From positions 946,057 through 1,010,056 of the forward strand of contig MU057930.1 in assembly GCA_013265495.1 (NCBI GenBank): DNA of 64,000 nucleotides. The letters are read 5' to 3'. This document shows, piece after piece, positions 12,770-25,739 of the stretch. Both the position numbers and the translations under genes were made by a program. The stretch comes from Vicugna vicugna (Eukaryota). Below the pieces are notes generated by a model. That model did no database searches. It worked only from the letters and a program-made list of their open reading frames with translations, and was not told the origin of the DNA. Numbering within the stretch: the stretch's first letter is position 1; each line of letters begins with the position of its first letter.

Positions 12770-13960
12770 GCGTAAGCCTGCCGTCACGAGCCGTGTTCAC
12801 GGAGCCCACGCGCTCAGGGCACGACTTGCGGGACGCGTCGTAGGACAGGGAACACCTAAGGGGACCGAGCGCGGGTCCGCACTGATTCCCTAGCGGGCGC
12901 CAGAAGGCGAGGCAGGTCCAGGCGAGCCTTCTGCGGCTGAGGTCCCCTGAGAAATGTCAGAAAGGATGAGGATGGGGACGGGGAGACGGAGGGGTTGCGC
13001 GGGCAAGACGAGGGACGGAGCAGGGGGAACAAAAGCAAGAGAAAGCTGCTCTGAAGCAGGAGAGCCTCTTCTGAGGGACTCACTGGTTCGCACGAAAGCC
13101 TGTGTCGGAAAGAAAAGCTTCGGGAGAAGTGTGCAAACGGGCCGCGGCCCGCGGCGCTCGGAGGGCCGAAAGGTTAGACGTAGCCCCCCGGCAGGGGGTC
13201 CAACTGCTCCGGGAGAGGATGGGGATTCAGGGTCCCAGGGAAGCTCAGGGCTTGTGCCAGAGGAAAGGTAAGCGACACAAGCTTGCACACAGAAAACGAC
13301 GCGCCCTGAGGCTGTTTTGTACAGCAGGGGAAGGTAAGTGTTTCTTCCCTCCTAACAGGCAGCGAAGGCCAGAGGGTTTGTTTGTGAGAACAGGGAGAGT
13401 GCAGTCAAGCAAACAATTTATTTTGTAAAAATGCAGAGGGGGGAAGCCGCAGGGGCGGGGAGCAGGGGGAGAAGGGGAGAGGGAGCCGCAGCTCTCCGTG
13501 GCCCACGCCCTGTGCCCCTGGTGACTCTCGGCGCCCGGGGTGGACGCGATGCTCGGGGTCTCGGTGCCCTTCTGCAGGGTCAGTTAGCCCACCTACAGCC
13601 CAGGCAGTCGGTCCAAACCTACTCCCGGCGCCAAATTCAAGCCCCCGATCGTCACTGATAAGCACGCGAAGTAGATCTCCCCTTCTTGGCCATTTGTGAG
13701 TCCGTCCGAGGCACTGGGCGAGCCTCAGCCTGGTGTCCGATATGCCAGGGCGCACGGACAGGTGTGTTCTGAATGGATGGGGTGGAGATACCCATTGCAG
13801 GAATGGCTGGACTCGGACGTGTGTGAGGGAGGTGGGAGGAACGTGCACTGAGGATGCAGAGGGGCCGTGGACGTGCATGGCGGCGCTGGGTGTGGTGGGT
13901 GTGGATGGACACTGGGGAGGCAGACGAAATACGGCCGTGCAGGCTGGGCGTCTACACGTG
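12770..13960. promoter_or_regulatory. Weak CpG/GC-rich region, possible secondary CpG island
   Basis: Visibly CpG-rich; GC box at about 13452; two AG|GTAAG donor-like sites (about 13267 and 13335). Confidence 0.35.
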
Positions 13961-14656
13961 GCCACTAAAGACCTTGAGAGTCTCCAGGACTGGGGTTCAG
14001 GAGAGAAAAGGGGCAGGCGTCAGGCTTAGATCCCTCCCTCAGACCCACTGCCATGTTTGACCCTGTCCCTGCACACCATGATAAAAGTCCGTTTTGTTCA
14101 AATAGACACAGAATAGATACAGTTTGTAAAAAATACATATTTTACCTGTTTGCTTGATTTAACATCAAAGTAGACCCCAGTCTCACGCTCTTCCTTAGGC
14201 TGTTGCCCTGAGTTTTGCAGAAGTTAGGGGCAGAAGGTGTGGTCAGGATCTGGGTCCAAGGCACGTCCAAATCCAAGCTGTCTGGGTTGTGGTCCAATTT
14301 ACACACCCCCCACAGTGTGTCGGAACAGAGCAGAGATGGTATTGAAAAGATAAAAGGAGGGAGAGGATGGTGGGTTTTAAAAGGAATACGAAGGATTTCT
14401 CCGGTAGGTTATGTCGTGTGTTTTGCTGTGTTGTGCTCTGCATTCTGCATGTCACGAGGCACGTGATGGATGTGTTATGTGATGCGTGTTCTGATACGTA
14501 GTAATGTGCACACAACAATTATTTGAAGGAGGAGTACATACGTTGCTTTGAATTAGCAGGAGAAAGGTGAAAATGGCCCCAGAGGAAGGAGTCAAGTGTC
14601 ATGAACAATATAAATTCGGGGATTCAGAGAACTTCTGGGCCAAGAACTAGACAAGC

Positions 14657-14745
14657 TTTTTTTTCTTCTTCTTTTCTTTTCTTTTTTCTCTCTCTCTCTC
14701 TCTCTTTTTTTCTTTCTTTCTATTGTCTTTCTCCTTTTTTTTTTT
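14657..14745. repeat. Polypyrimidine / (CT)n low complexity
   Basis: Direct reading. Confidence 0.85.
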
Positions 14746-16814
14746 GGCAAGAAAATGTATTGAGGGAACAGGAAAACGTTTCATATACGACATCATACAT
14801 GCACACAGGTATTGTCTAGGCAAGGAGGAAGAAACCGAAGTCTGCACGCGAGAGATCGCTTTTTACGTAACAGGACGCAGACGGGAGAAAAGGCTGTTAA
14901 GGTTTCGAAGGGTAGAAATGAACACGTTCAGAACGGGCCAGGGAAAGTTAGTCAAAACGGAAGAGATTTTCCCTTCGGTGCATTCTGAGAAAAGGGGAAA
15001 ATTGACCCTTATACAGAGACGCTCGGGAAACGGAGCTCGGAAGGGATAGCTGTTACGTAAAGAGAGAACCTTCAGCGAGGTGAGCTGTGAAGTCACACTG
15101 GCCTTGGATAAACTGACAGTGTCTAGTGAAGGAAAGGTCTGCCCAGTTTTTATTCTGCATTACTTTGGACCAGTGATGTCGGGGGAGAAAAAAGACACCT
15201 GCTGAGATCTATGAGAAATAGACTCGGTAGTGAAACCTATATACTTTAAGACTTTAAATTATGACATAGAAAGAAAACTGGCGGATGCAAAAGACTTCTC
15301 TGGGGTTCTTGTGAAAACAAAATGTGGCACTTACACGGGGCAGGAGCAACTGAATGACTTAATGATACGTCACATCTAGGGAACGTACACATTGTGTCGG
15401 CCGATCAAATTGTTTTTATTCCTTTGATAGTGAGTGACCTTTCAAATAAAATGCACCAGTTTTCTCCTGATATGCGTGGTACCTCCTGCCACCATTGACC
15501 GGACATTCGTTAGAAAACATAGTCACTGGTAGACTTGGGTAATGTTCTTTGGAGAGCGCAGATCAAGACGTCAAACTTTGTCCACGCACCTGGAAATCTC
15601 AATTTTTGGCCGCATTTCCATGTGCTGGAAAACCAAACAGTCCTGGTGGACTTTTGCCTATCCTGGATGGGAAGGGGTTATAAAAAAAATGTGAGCAAAT
15701 CAGACTTTGGACTCGCTTAAAATCAGAGTATTGAGTATTGTCAGTTTTTCTCAGCCGCGGAATGTTGCTCTTTGATGCATTTCAGCCTTCTTTGTTTTTG
15801 CAAAGAACAAACAGCATTAGTTTGTTATGAGCTTAATGAATGCCAAGGAAAACGTCAGGGTCTTTCACGGCGTGGTGTTTGTTTAATGCAACGTCTGTCT
15901 TCTTAACGCCGGCGGGATGACAGTCCAGTCCGCTACTTTCTTATGTGGCCCCTTTATCTTGTCAGAGGCAAAGGCGTTTAATTTTAAGCAAAGGTCAAAC
16001 AAATTATAAGCTTTGGGCTGCCGGTCAGGCAGAGAGGTTGCACGGTGATTTGAAGGCAAAACATTTGGGGCCACCTGGAAGCGGCAAAGTGAACGGAAAG
16101 GGCAGTGTGCGTCAAATGACGCTCACTGAACAGGTTTTAAATGCGTGGAGGCTGCGGTTTCCAGGGGCCAGGTGGGAACCTGGACCAGTTTTGGAAGAGT
16201 AATAGGGTGTGAGCGGGTGAAGGAAGCCTGAGGATGTGTCAGTCACACACCTGTTGGCCCAGCGTCCCTGTCCCCTGAGCACAGCTCCACCTGGTCCAAT
16301 TTCCTTTCACCTACTCAGGTCCACGCCAGACATAACAGGGTGACAGGGGACTGACTGGCGTGGACAATCGCACACCTGACACACACAGCTGACCTCCGTC
16401 TTGAGAGAGTTCACGGAAACTTCCCAGATGTTATTAGCAGCTAGACTCATGTCTGATTTTGCTTTTTCTTTTGGCTTGCTGTTGACATTTCGATATATTT
16501 GCATCCAAGGAGGAGTCCTGGGTGCTGCATCCTTTTTTTTTTTTTTTTTACCGGCAGACAACAGGCTTTTTTTCTTTTTTACCTGTATCAGTATCTCTTT
16601 GAATAATTATGCATTGGTAGCCTGTCTTGATAAATCTTCAAAAACCTCTCCCAGTTCTTCACGCCTTCTCTGTCAACCTCATTCTCTCTCTGCTACACTT
16701 ATTTGAAAGATTCCAGGTTCCGTCCTCATGTGCTGGCCAAGAAGGACGTGTCTGTTTACTTCAGATAACGGAGGTATCTTGAAGTCAGAATGCAGGCACC
16801 TGTGGTCATGGAAA

Positions 16815-16855
16815 CACAGACACACGCACGTGCACACACGCACACACACACACAC
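16815..16855. repeat. (CA)n microsatellite, imperfect
   Basis: Direct reading. Confidence 0.85.
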
Positions 16856-17454
16856 TGGTGATTACACATGGCATGTGAAACCCTCCTTGCATTAGTTCCT
16901 GAAGAGATGACCACACATGCAGCCACTCAGGACTTCCCTGTTTATGGGGAGGGTGTCGGGCGGTTGCTACCCTATTTTGAGGCTCCTGCAGGTAAATTCA
17001 GGAACGTTCCCCCTCTGTGCCCCAGATCCACACCCCATGCATCTGGGTGCCACAGTGGAAGGCTCTTCTGCTTGGTAAGGAGCCAGCCTTTGTCACCCTG
17101 GGCGTGACCCTGAGATTCCGTGTTCCCTTACGGAGTTTTCTCGCCTCGATGTCCCACGTGGTCCTGACCCGCAGCCTCCTACAGGTGGCTCATGAGGAAT
17201 TCCAGCTCACCCCGCGTCCCAGACCTCCTGCCCCGGCTGTCCACCCGCCCCAACCCCGTCACAGAACGTCCGCTCTGACCGTCGGGACAGCTTCAGGGAG
17301 CCCCTGTAGCTGTTCCTGTTTGAAAACAGCAGGTAAAGATGTAACTTGGTGATGGAAAAGAATGTGCAAAAGCCCGGAGAGATGGTGATATCTCGGGCTT
17401 TCAAAGCCGTTATGCATGCGCGCTTGCAGAAAAGGTCACTGGAAAGATTAGAGA

Positions 17455-17715
17455 GAAAAATAAAATATAAAATAAAATAAAATAAGAAAGAAAGAAAGAA
17501 AGAAATATAATAAAATTAAATTAAAATAAAATATAAAATAAAATAAATAAAATAGTAAAATAAAATGAAATAAATAAATTAAATATTAAGATAAAATAAA
17601 TTTAAAATAAGTAAATAATAAAATAAAATTAAAATTAAATTAAATTAAAAATAAATAAATAAAATAAAAAATAAAATTAAATAAATAAATAAATAAAAAT
17701 AAAATAAAATAAAAC
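17455..17715. repeat. A-rich (AAAAT/GAAA)n low-complexity tract
   Basis: Direct reading. Confidence 0.9.
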
Positions 17716-18061
17716 TAGAAAGCATACACCTCTTGTGGCATTTAGGAGGCAAGTCTTGTCACTGTAGTGACTGTGACCTCGAAAAATAAAGATTAAAACC
17801 CTGGCCCCAACCTTCTGACTTGTGAAGGAAGAATGATCTAGTCTTAGCTCTGGATATTGCACTGTTTCATTGTGACATTCAAATTGCGAATGGGAGAGCG
17901 GTGAACATTTTAAATAGTTATATAAATACAAGTGTGCATGACAAGGCAAGTTAGTATTCAAAGATGTACAGAATATCAGACATTGAATAATGTCCTAGAA
18001 GGCTGAAATGCACTATAAAATGAAGAGGGACTGCCCAGTGCGTTTCAAAATGAGATAATAG

Positions 18062-18140
18062 TACGTTCATGGACGTCTGAAGCCTTGTGCTGCACATGGA
18101 AATTGACACAAGAGTGTAAACTGGCTATAACTCAATAAAA
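18062..18140 (+). mobile_element. L1 3'-terminal fragment
   Basis: tgtgctgcacatggaaattgacacaagagtgtaaactggctataactcaataaaa. Confidence 0.7.
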
Positions 18141-18212
18141 TATATATATGTAAAGAAAATAAATAGAAAAATAATGATGTAATAGAAATATTACATAAGA
18201 ATATACAGTCAG

Positions 18213-18356
18213 GGGGAGGGTGTAGCTCAGGGGTAGAACACATGCTTAGCACGCACGAGGTCCTGGGTTCAATCCCCAGCACCTCCTCTAAAAATAAATC
18301 GATAAATCGAATTACCTCCCTCCCCTCTCCCAAAAAGTTAAAAGAAAAGAAAAGAA
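18213..18356 (+). mobile_element. tRNA-Ala-derived SINE (camelid Vic-1 type)
   Basis: ggggagggtgtagctcaggggtaga (A box), gggttcaatcccc (B box), A-rich tail; target-site duplication (TSD) AATATACAGTCAG at 18200-18212 and 18357-18369. Confidence 0.9.
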
Positions 18357-18439
18357 AATATACAGTCAGCCCTTCATGTCCACCTAGTCAAGGAGAAAGG
18401 ACTCAGGGAAAATGGTGCTGCCGATACCTTCCCTCCCCT

Positions 18440-18531
18440 CCCAGCATCCAGGACATTGAGAAAGTAAACGTCTTTGCTTTAAGACCCCCACGGCGGTGGC
18501 ATTTCCTTAGGCAGTCCTAGGAAATGAATAC
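18440..18531 (+). mobile_element. MaLR/MLT1 LTR 3' fragment
   Basis: ccagcatccaggacattgagaaagtaaacgtctttgctttaag..gcagtcctaggaaatgaataca. Confidence 0.55.
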
Positions 18532-19174
18532 AAGATGCTTCAAGGTGTAAGAAAGAACGCAGAGACTTTGTCCTAACTACAGGTTCTAGTTTTTGAAGAG
18601 TGAACCTAAAGATGTGAACACTGAAACAATATTCACCAACATACAACATTTCTCTAACAAAAAGGCCTTACGTGTTTCTGCACGAAATGTTAAAATGCAC
18701 TCCACTGCCCCGCGTAGGGTTTGGTAACAATAAACGTTAAGAGAAAAATTAAAGACGTTTTATGTACATGGTAGTATGCATGATATGAGGACTTTTGTGG
18801 GGTTTTTGTTTTCCATTTTTATTGGATGATCTGTCTTTTTATTATTGAGTTGTAAGTGTTCTTTATATATTCTGGGTACAAGTCTCGTCTCAGAATCACA
18901 ACCTGCAAATGGCTTGTGTGTTTTAAAGAGCTCACGTGTCCAGAAAACACTTAAGCTCTATTTCTGTGTCGAATTTAAACGGTAGTGAGCTGCAGAGTTT
19001 CTCTTTGGCTGTGGTGAACTTTGCTGAACTACACGGGTCCCCTTCAAGCCTCCCATTTTTCCAAAGATGTGCAGAGGGTCCTCATTCATACCGAGCTGCT
19101 AACAAAGACAGCTACTAACTCCACTGATAGATCTGTGTGATTCTTACGTCTTCTTCTAAAAGGCATTGCTGGCT

Positions 19175-19359
19175 TATCTATTCTGCATCTGCCTGTCCGT
19201 ACAGGGAAATATATACAAGATCTTGTGGTAGCTCACAGCGGAAAAAAAAGTGACAATGAATATAGATATGTTCATGTATAACTGGAAAATTGTGCTCCCC
19301 ACTGGAATTTGACACAACATTGTCAAATGACTATAACTCAATAAAAAAATGTTAAAAAG
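19175..19359 (+). mobile_element. Short L1 3' end, possibly 5'-inverted
   Basis: acagggaaatatatacaagatcttgtggtagctcacagc..gactataactcaataaaa; degenerate TSD aaagRcattgMtRgct at 19159-19174 and 19360-19375. Confidence 0.75.
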
Positions 19360-19479
19360 AAAGACATTGATAGCTATAAAAAAATAGATGACAAACTATA
19401 ATCTGGAGATAGAAACACCACTGTGGATAATGAGATTGGCTACCGTTTATTTTTCATTTAGCAAGTGCTGGAAAGAATT

Positions 19480-19790
19480 GTATATATAGATTGTATATAT
19501 AGATTTGTGTATATAGAATTGTATAGATAGATTTTATATAGTATATATGAATATATACTGTGGGATTCACATGTATATACTAAATATACGTAGTAGCGTA
19601 TATATGCAAATGAAATAGTGTAATATTTAGTGTATATGTATACATAGTATAATTTATAATAATATATATACAATTTAACACAATATATCCAATATCTACA
19701 ATTTAACAATTTACATTTACAGTGTATATGTATACATAGTATAATTTATAATAATATATATACAATTTAACACAATATAATACAGTATAT
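19480..19790. repeat. AT-rich (TA)n-like tract containing a 60-bp direct repeat
   Basis: agtgtatatgtatacatagtataatttataataatatatatacaatttaacacaatata at about 19629 and 19721. Confidence 0.85.
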
Positions 19791-21060
19791 AGAGTAATTC
19801 CTGCATGATCACCATTTTACTGCACAGGTGGTTTGGTTACAACATTTCCTGGGCATTGGAAGCAGGGACACTGGTGTTTAATACATATTGGACATGCTGT
19901 GTGTTATACACATCATACTATAGATGGATGTATGTTATAATCATTATTCTTGCTTCTAACACCCATGAAATATTTCTGCAAAACGACCTGCCCACTAGAA
20001 ATATAATTGTGTCGGAATTATTCCCTCCGTCGAGTATTGCTAAGAAATACGCTTTGCTGCGTATTTTTAATTTCCATTTCTGCCCAATGCTTGAGAGACT
20101 TTTCCGGTTGTGACGTATTGGGAAATGTTGGTATTGCAAAGCGCACTGCACACGGATGCGTCTGCAGCAAAGTTTCCCACCAACTGGAAGCTGACAGAAA
20201 TGAGAAAGTTCCACACGTGCATCTGTAATCTGCATGTGAAGTGTCTACTCAAGTGACGTGAAAACGTGTCTGTGTGCAATCTTTGTTGTGGCTTTCTTTG
20301 GAACCACCCAAAGCAGGAAGGAACGCATACGTGGCTCACTTGCGAAATGCATCACAGAACTGGGGTGTCGTCATCCAATGGGAGAGGACTCCGTCACCAA
20401 AATGGGTAAGGTCTGGGCACGCACACAAAAGCATGGATGGCAGATACATTCATCTCTGAGAGAAGCCACACTCAAAAGTCTACCTACTCCACAGGCCCAT
20501 GCATACGACATTCTGAAGACGTCACACTGGATGTAGGAGACTCAGGGCAGTGATTTCCAGCACTGGAGGAGCGGACGGAGTCTGACAACAAAGGATGAAG
20601 GTGGACATTTCGGCAGGGCTGAACATATTCTATATTTTGATTGTGGAGGTGGTTCCGTGAGTCTGTGCATTTGGCAGAAGTCACAGAGCTGTGCCCTCGA
20701 AAGGATACACTTCATGGGATGGGCGGTATGTCTTTGAAAAAGATGTGAAAATGTTTTACATGAGAAATTTTCCTTTTGATGAATGAAATAATAGATCGAT
20801 GAAGAAGTGATAGGTCCGGGGAATCTAGTTTTGAATCTGTCACACCTGGAAGTTTCTAGATTTTCGTAGAAGTGGCCCACCGGGATGGCACGCCCAGAAC
20901 GCTTGTTGGAAACCCTTAAAGGGACTCGGCGATGCTTCTGAGGTCAGGAGAAGACAGCTCGGAGAGAGTTTAGCCTGAATTCGGAGAGGTGATTCAGGAG
21001 AGCCTTGTAGCATTTTAAGGAGAAAAAAAATGGAATTTAGGTCTAAAGTAATGGGAGAAA

Positions 21061-21468
21061 GAAAAATACCATATGATATCACTCATATGTGAAATCTAAA
21101 AAAAAAAAATAAGGTGCAAGTGAACTTACTTACAAAACAGAAACAGACTCACAGGCATAGAAAACAAACTTGTGGTTCCCAGGAGGGAAAAGGGGTGGAA
21201 AGGGATAAATTGGGAGTTTGGAGTAGCAGGTACTAATATATATAAAACAGATAAACAAGAAATTCATACTGTACAGCACAGGGAACTGTATTCAATATCT
21301 TGTAATAACGTATAATGAAAAAGAAACAGAAAAGGAATATATGGATGTGCATGTATGACTGAAACACGACGCTGGATGCCAGAAACTGACACATTGTAAA
21401 CTGACTCTACTTCAATTAAAAAAAGAAAATATAAAAAATTGTAAAGAAAAAAATGCAAAAAGAGATTC
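21061..21468 (+). mobile_element. L1 3' UTR fragment
   Basis: acaaaacagaaacagactcacaggcatagaaaacaaacttgtggtt..cacagggaact..acttcaattaaaaa; flanking direct repeat AGTAATGGGAGAAA at 21047-21060 and 21469-21482. Confidence 0.9.
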
Positions 21469-21805
21469 AGTAATGGGAGAAACGTTTTCTCTGAGTTGGT
21501 GTCAACACCCAATTAAGTGCTAATGTTTTACTTTGCAGCAGCCACAGAGTGGAAGAGGCGTGTCTCATGCAGAAATTTTAGCTGGAATCTGGAAGGAGAC
21601 TAAGCGTTCTTGCGAAGGTGGAAATATCCGAGCTGAAATGTCGATCAACCTGGGTGTTTCTATCAAAAAATCTTCCTGGTGTTTAATCTCTAATAAACAT
21701 TTATTAAGTTAAAAATGGGATCGAAAGGCAGACTTCTGGTACAAACGGCAACACAGGAAAAGGGGAAAGAGAGAAATTCAAAATTCACAATTCAGAAGTA
21801 TTGGG

Positions 21806-21953
21806 AAGAAGAGAGGGTATAGCTGGGGGGTGCCGTGCACGCGAAGCATGCACCAGGTCCGGGGTTCAACCCCCAGCACCTCCGTTAACAAATAAATAAA
21901 TAACCTAATTACTTTCCCCAACAAAAGTAAAAAAGAAATTGTTAAGAAGCACA
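21806..21953 (+). mobile_element. tRNA-derived SINE (Vic-1 type), diverged
   Basis: gagggtatagct..gcatgcaccaggtccggggttcaacccccagcacctcc..aacctaattac; TSD TCAGAAGTATTGGG at 21792-21805 and 21954-21967. Confidence 0.85.
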
Positions 21954-24319
21954 TCAGAAGTATTGGGGAGTCTGTGTGTATGACTAATTTGTGGATACAT
22001 GGGAAGTTACCCCAAAGGTAAGAAAGGATAAAGGCTTATTACTAACATCTTGCCATTAGGATGGTCAAGACTGATAATGGAAAATGCTTGATATTCCCCT
22101 TTATTTTTGTTATCTTAAAGAAACAGCTGTGAGAGACAGGCATTCAACAAGCTACCATAATTTGTTCTCTGTCTCCATCTTAGCCAAGCCTCAAGCACAC
22201 CCTACCCCCGCCTAAAAAAGCCATAACATATTCATAATCACCCTGCAAAAAAAAAGGTAAGTAAATGTCACCAATTAGAATGCAATACAACTAGGCATTT
22301 TCAACATAGGGGAAGAAACAGGAAGCAAAACCTTCTAGGCTTAGGAAATGAACAGCATTCTTCTAAATCATTTTCCGGTTAACAATAAAAATTTTTATAA
22401 TTTTTTTCAAGGAGCCGTAAGCCATAAAGACCAGTGCATATCAAAACATCGATGACGCGGTGAACGTTGGGATTCCGAGGACATAGCCGCAGCTTAAAAT
22501 ATTTATTAGGAATCGAGAAAGAATAAACTCCAAGGGGATCATGCCTTCTGCTTAAGACAAACTGAATCAAGTAAAATGGTAGGAAGGATTTATACCAATA
22601 AAAGAAGATACGAGAACGGGGCGGTTAACATCTTTGGCCAAAGGATTTAATTTCTCCTCCAAACCAAGACTTAATTCCTTGAAAACTGAGATGTGGATAG
22701 AGAAATGCACCATCTTTTGGCCACAGTCTCGGGGTGGGTACCCGTGTGTGACAGTGACCTTGGTGGCATGGATGGAAGTAAGGAGCAAGCTGAGGCTTGG
22801 GGTCTGGAATAGGTTTTCTGTGCTTACATCCTGACTTCTCCAATCAGCCGGCATGCAGACTATTTGACATCCTCTGACCGTTCCTCATAAAAAAAAAAAA
22901 GCATATAAAGGGCACCAGGTTACAAACTTATATAATAAATCACAGCAGGTCTCGGAAACATGGAATGGCTGATGCCTAGAGCATGAGGTTGACCAACATG
23001 AAATTGTATGAAATCGGGATTTAAAAAAAATCATATTATTTCATGCTGGTTCAGTTTTACAGTTTTGTAAGACGTCCTCTGGGTATTAGGTGTCCAAAGA
23101 AAAATGGTTTCTATTCAAAGCTGAAAATCCTCCCGGCTGAATGGCATGGGATACGTCAAAAAAAAAGTGGAGAGGAGGGACGGAAATTATTCAGCCTGGA
23201 GAAGCGACCTGAGCATGATTTAAAGGGAAGGACAGAGAGATTGGTGAATGCGGTGTTACATTTTTACAGTGGGGATGAATCGAAGCAGATTTAACATATC
23301 ACCTGCTGAAGGCTATGTCACCTCCTACTCAGGTGTCAAGAAAAAGTGCATTTTCTTTCCCCCCGTGTGTCCAGCAATGGTGAAAATAGACCTCTCCAGC
23401 CTGAAGTTTGCTTTAAGATATAAATTAAATGACTTATTTATGACTTCTGCTTCCAGTGGGATCACATGGATGTAATATCTCAGGACATAAGTTCTGTGAA
23501 TAAGCCATGGAAAGTTTCATAGAAAGACTGAACTTGGCAATCAATATTTTACGACTGTACCCACGCATTCCGGAAAGGATTTGCAGCCACTGACCAAAAA
23601 TTAAAAATGAAAGACAGACCAAGATCATCACATGCACATAGCAGAATAACATAATATCTAATAGTTAAATAACTGTCAGTTAAATATATTTGAGTCATTA
23701 TGGCTCATTTCTTTTTTTTTTAAATTGCATTCTGTTGCAATTTTTTTTTACATAGTCAGAATATGCTACAATATAGTTGATGATGGTGGCGATTGCAAAA
23801 CCCTCCCCAAAGCTGCTCACAGGGTCCTACAGGCAGCATGATGTTTGTAGACAGTTGAAGGAAAAGTGAACCATGGCCCTGGGGAACCAGTCTTGGAGAA
23901 GCTGTGCTCATGTTTGCATTTCTGGTAGGACCTCCTGGGTCTGCTTGCCTGCTCTGCTTTCAAGCCATGAGAGGCTCTCCCCGGGATGGTGAGTCGTAGA
24001 GCAGTGGGGGCTGGCTGCTCTCCTGCGTGGACCGAAGCCCCACTCAGATTCCCTCGCCCACACCTGCCTCACCACTTTCCTGCTGGGGAGCTCCCTGCTG
24101 TCTACATGTTCCAACACTCACTCAATTCTCTAAGGAACCAGAAGCAGCAACATTTTTTTGATTTTTTTTTGAATTGAAGTAAAAGCAGCAATAATTTTTG
24201 GTTTATAAAAACATTAATTTCTAATAAAGTGAAATACATAAGGACATGGAAGGGAAATGTACTATATAAATCACGTGAATCCTCTACACAAACCTAATGT
24301 CCAATAAAACAAAATAAAA

Positions 24320-25000
24320 TAGAACCCTTCTTTCCACCCTCCTGCACTTTTGGTGGGAATGTAGTTTCGTGTAGCCACTCTGGAAAACAGTATGCAGTTT
24401 CCTTAAAAAACTAAAAATAGACTTACCATATGACCCAGCAATCCCATTCCTGGGCATATATCCAGAGGGAACTCTAACTTGAAAAGACACTTGTACCCCA
24501 ATGTTCACAGCAGCACTATTTACAATAGCCACGACATGGAAATAACCTAAATATCCATCGACAGATGACTGGACGAAGAAGATGTAGCATACTTAGACAA
24601 TGGAATACTATTCAGCCATGAAAAAGAATGAAACAATGCCATTTGCAGCAACATGGATGGACCTGGAGATCGTCCTTATTAGTGAAGTAAGCCAGACAGA
24701 GAAGGACAAATATATGATACTATTTATATGTGGAATCTAAAAAATAAAACAAACTAGTGACTATAACAAAAAAGAAAGAGACTCACAGATACAGAGAACA
24801 GACTAGTGGTGACCAGTGGGGACAGGGAAGCGGGGAGGGGAAGACAGGGTGGGGGAGTGGGAGGTATAAATTATTGAGTGTAAGAGAGGCTCACGGATGT
24901 ATTGCACATCACGGGGAATGAAGACAGTATTTTGTAACTGTGAATGGAAAGTAACCTTTAAAACCGCATTTAAAAAGTAGACCAAAACAAAACAAAAACC
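24320..25000 (+). mobile_element. L1 fragment (ORF2 end plus 3' UTR)
   Basis: ggtgggaatgtagt..ccatatgacccagcaatcccattcctgggcatatatcc..gccatttgcagcaacatggatggacctggag. Confidence 0.9.
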
Positions 25001-25289
25001 TCATGAGAGAATTTTCAAACACCTCTTGTGGGTGGACCCCTCTTGGCACTCATGACGTCTCTCATTTTCAGCATCCAAGTGTGAGGGTCCTACATGTGGC
25101 TGGAAGGTTCCTCAACACGAATCAAAGTCCACCCCTGGACTCTCACTGCCCAGCTGTGCGGATCCCTGAGCATGTCTGATTAACGACTATCTCACATTCT
25201 GTCTACTGGGTTTTCCTCTCCCTGCAAACAGGCTTTTAGTCTTTGCCAGCTCTTTAAAAGTGATACTATCCAAAAAACAAAAACCAAAA

Positions 25290-25480
25290 AACCAATTTCT
25301 TCTATGTAGCACAGGGAACTATGTTCAATATCTTGTAATAACCTTTAATGGAAAAAAATATGAAAAGGAATATATGTATGTATATGCATGACTGGGACAT
25401 TAGGCTGTGCACCAGAAATCGACACATTGTAACTGACTGTACTTCAATAAAAAAAAAACAATAAAATAAAAATAAAAAAT
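25290..25480 (+). mobile_element. L1 3'-terminal fragment
   Basis: tagcacagggaactatgttcaatatcttgtaataacc..caccagaaatcgacacattgtaactgactgtacttcaataaaa. Confidence 0.85.
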
Positions 25481-25739
25481 CCTATTATGAAGGCCACTTT
25501 TTAACCCCAACATAGCAGTTTTTCTTTTTCATTTAAAATAAGAATTTTGTGTTGTAAATCAACTATACCTCAATTTAAAAAAAAAAAAAGAGAGAATGCT
25601 GTCGATTAAGATATTTTAAAGATTCTGCTCTCTGATTTTTTTTTTTTTTTAACAGAGTCCCGGAGACAGAGAACAGACCTACGGGGACCAGGGCGTTAAG
25701 GGGGTGGGAAAGGATAAACTGGGAGTTTGAGATGTGCAC

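Noticed and set aside
18213..18290. tRNA-Ala gene
   Set aside because: It has a SINE body, A-rich tail and TSD, with diverged relatives at 21.8 and 42.0 kb.
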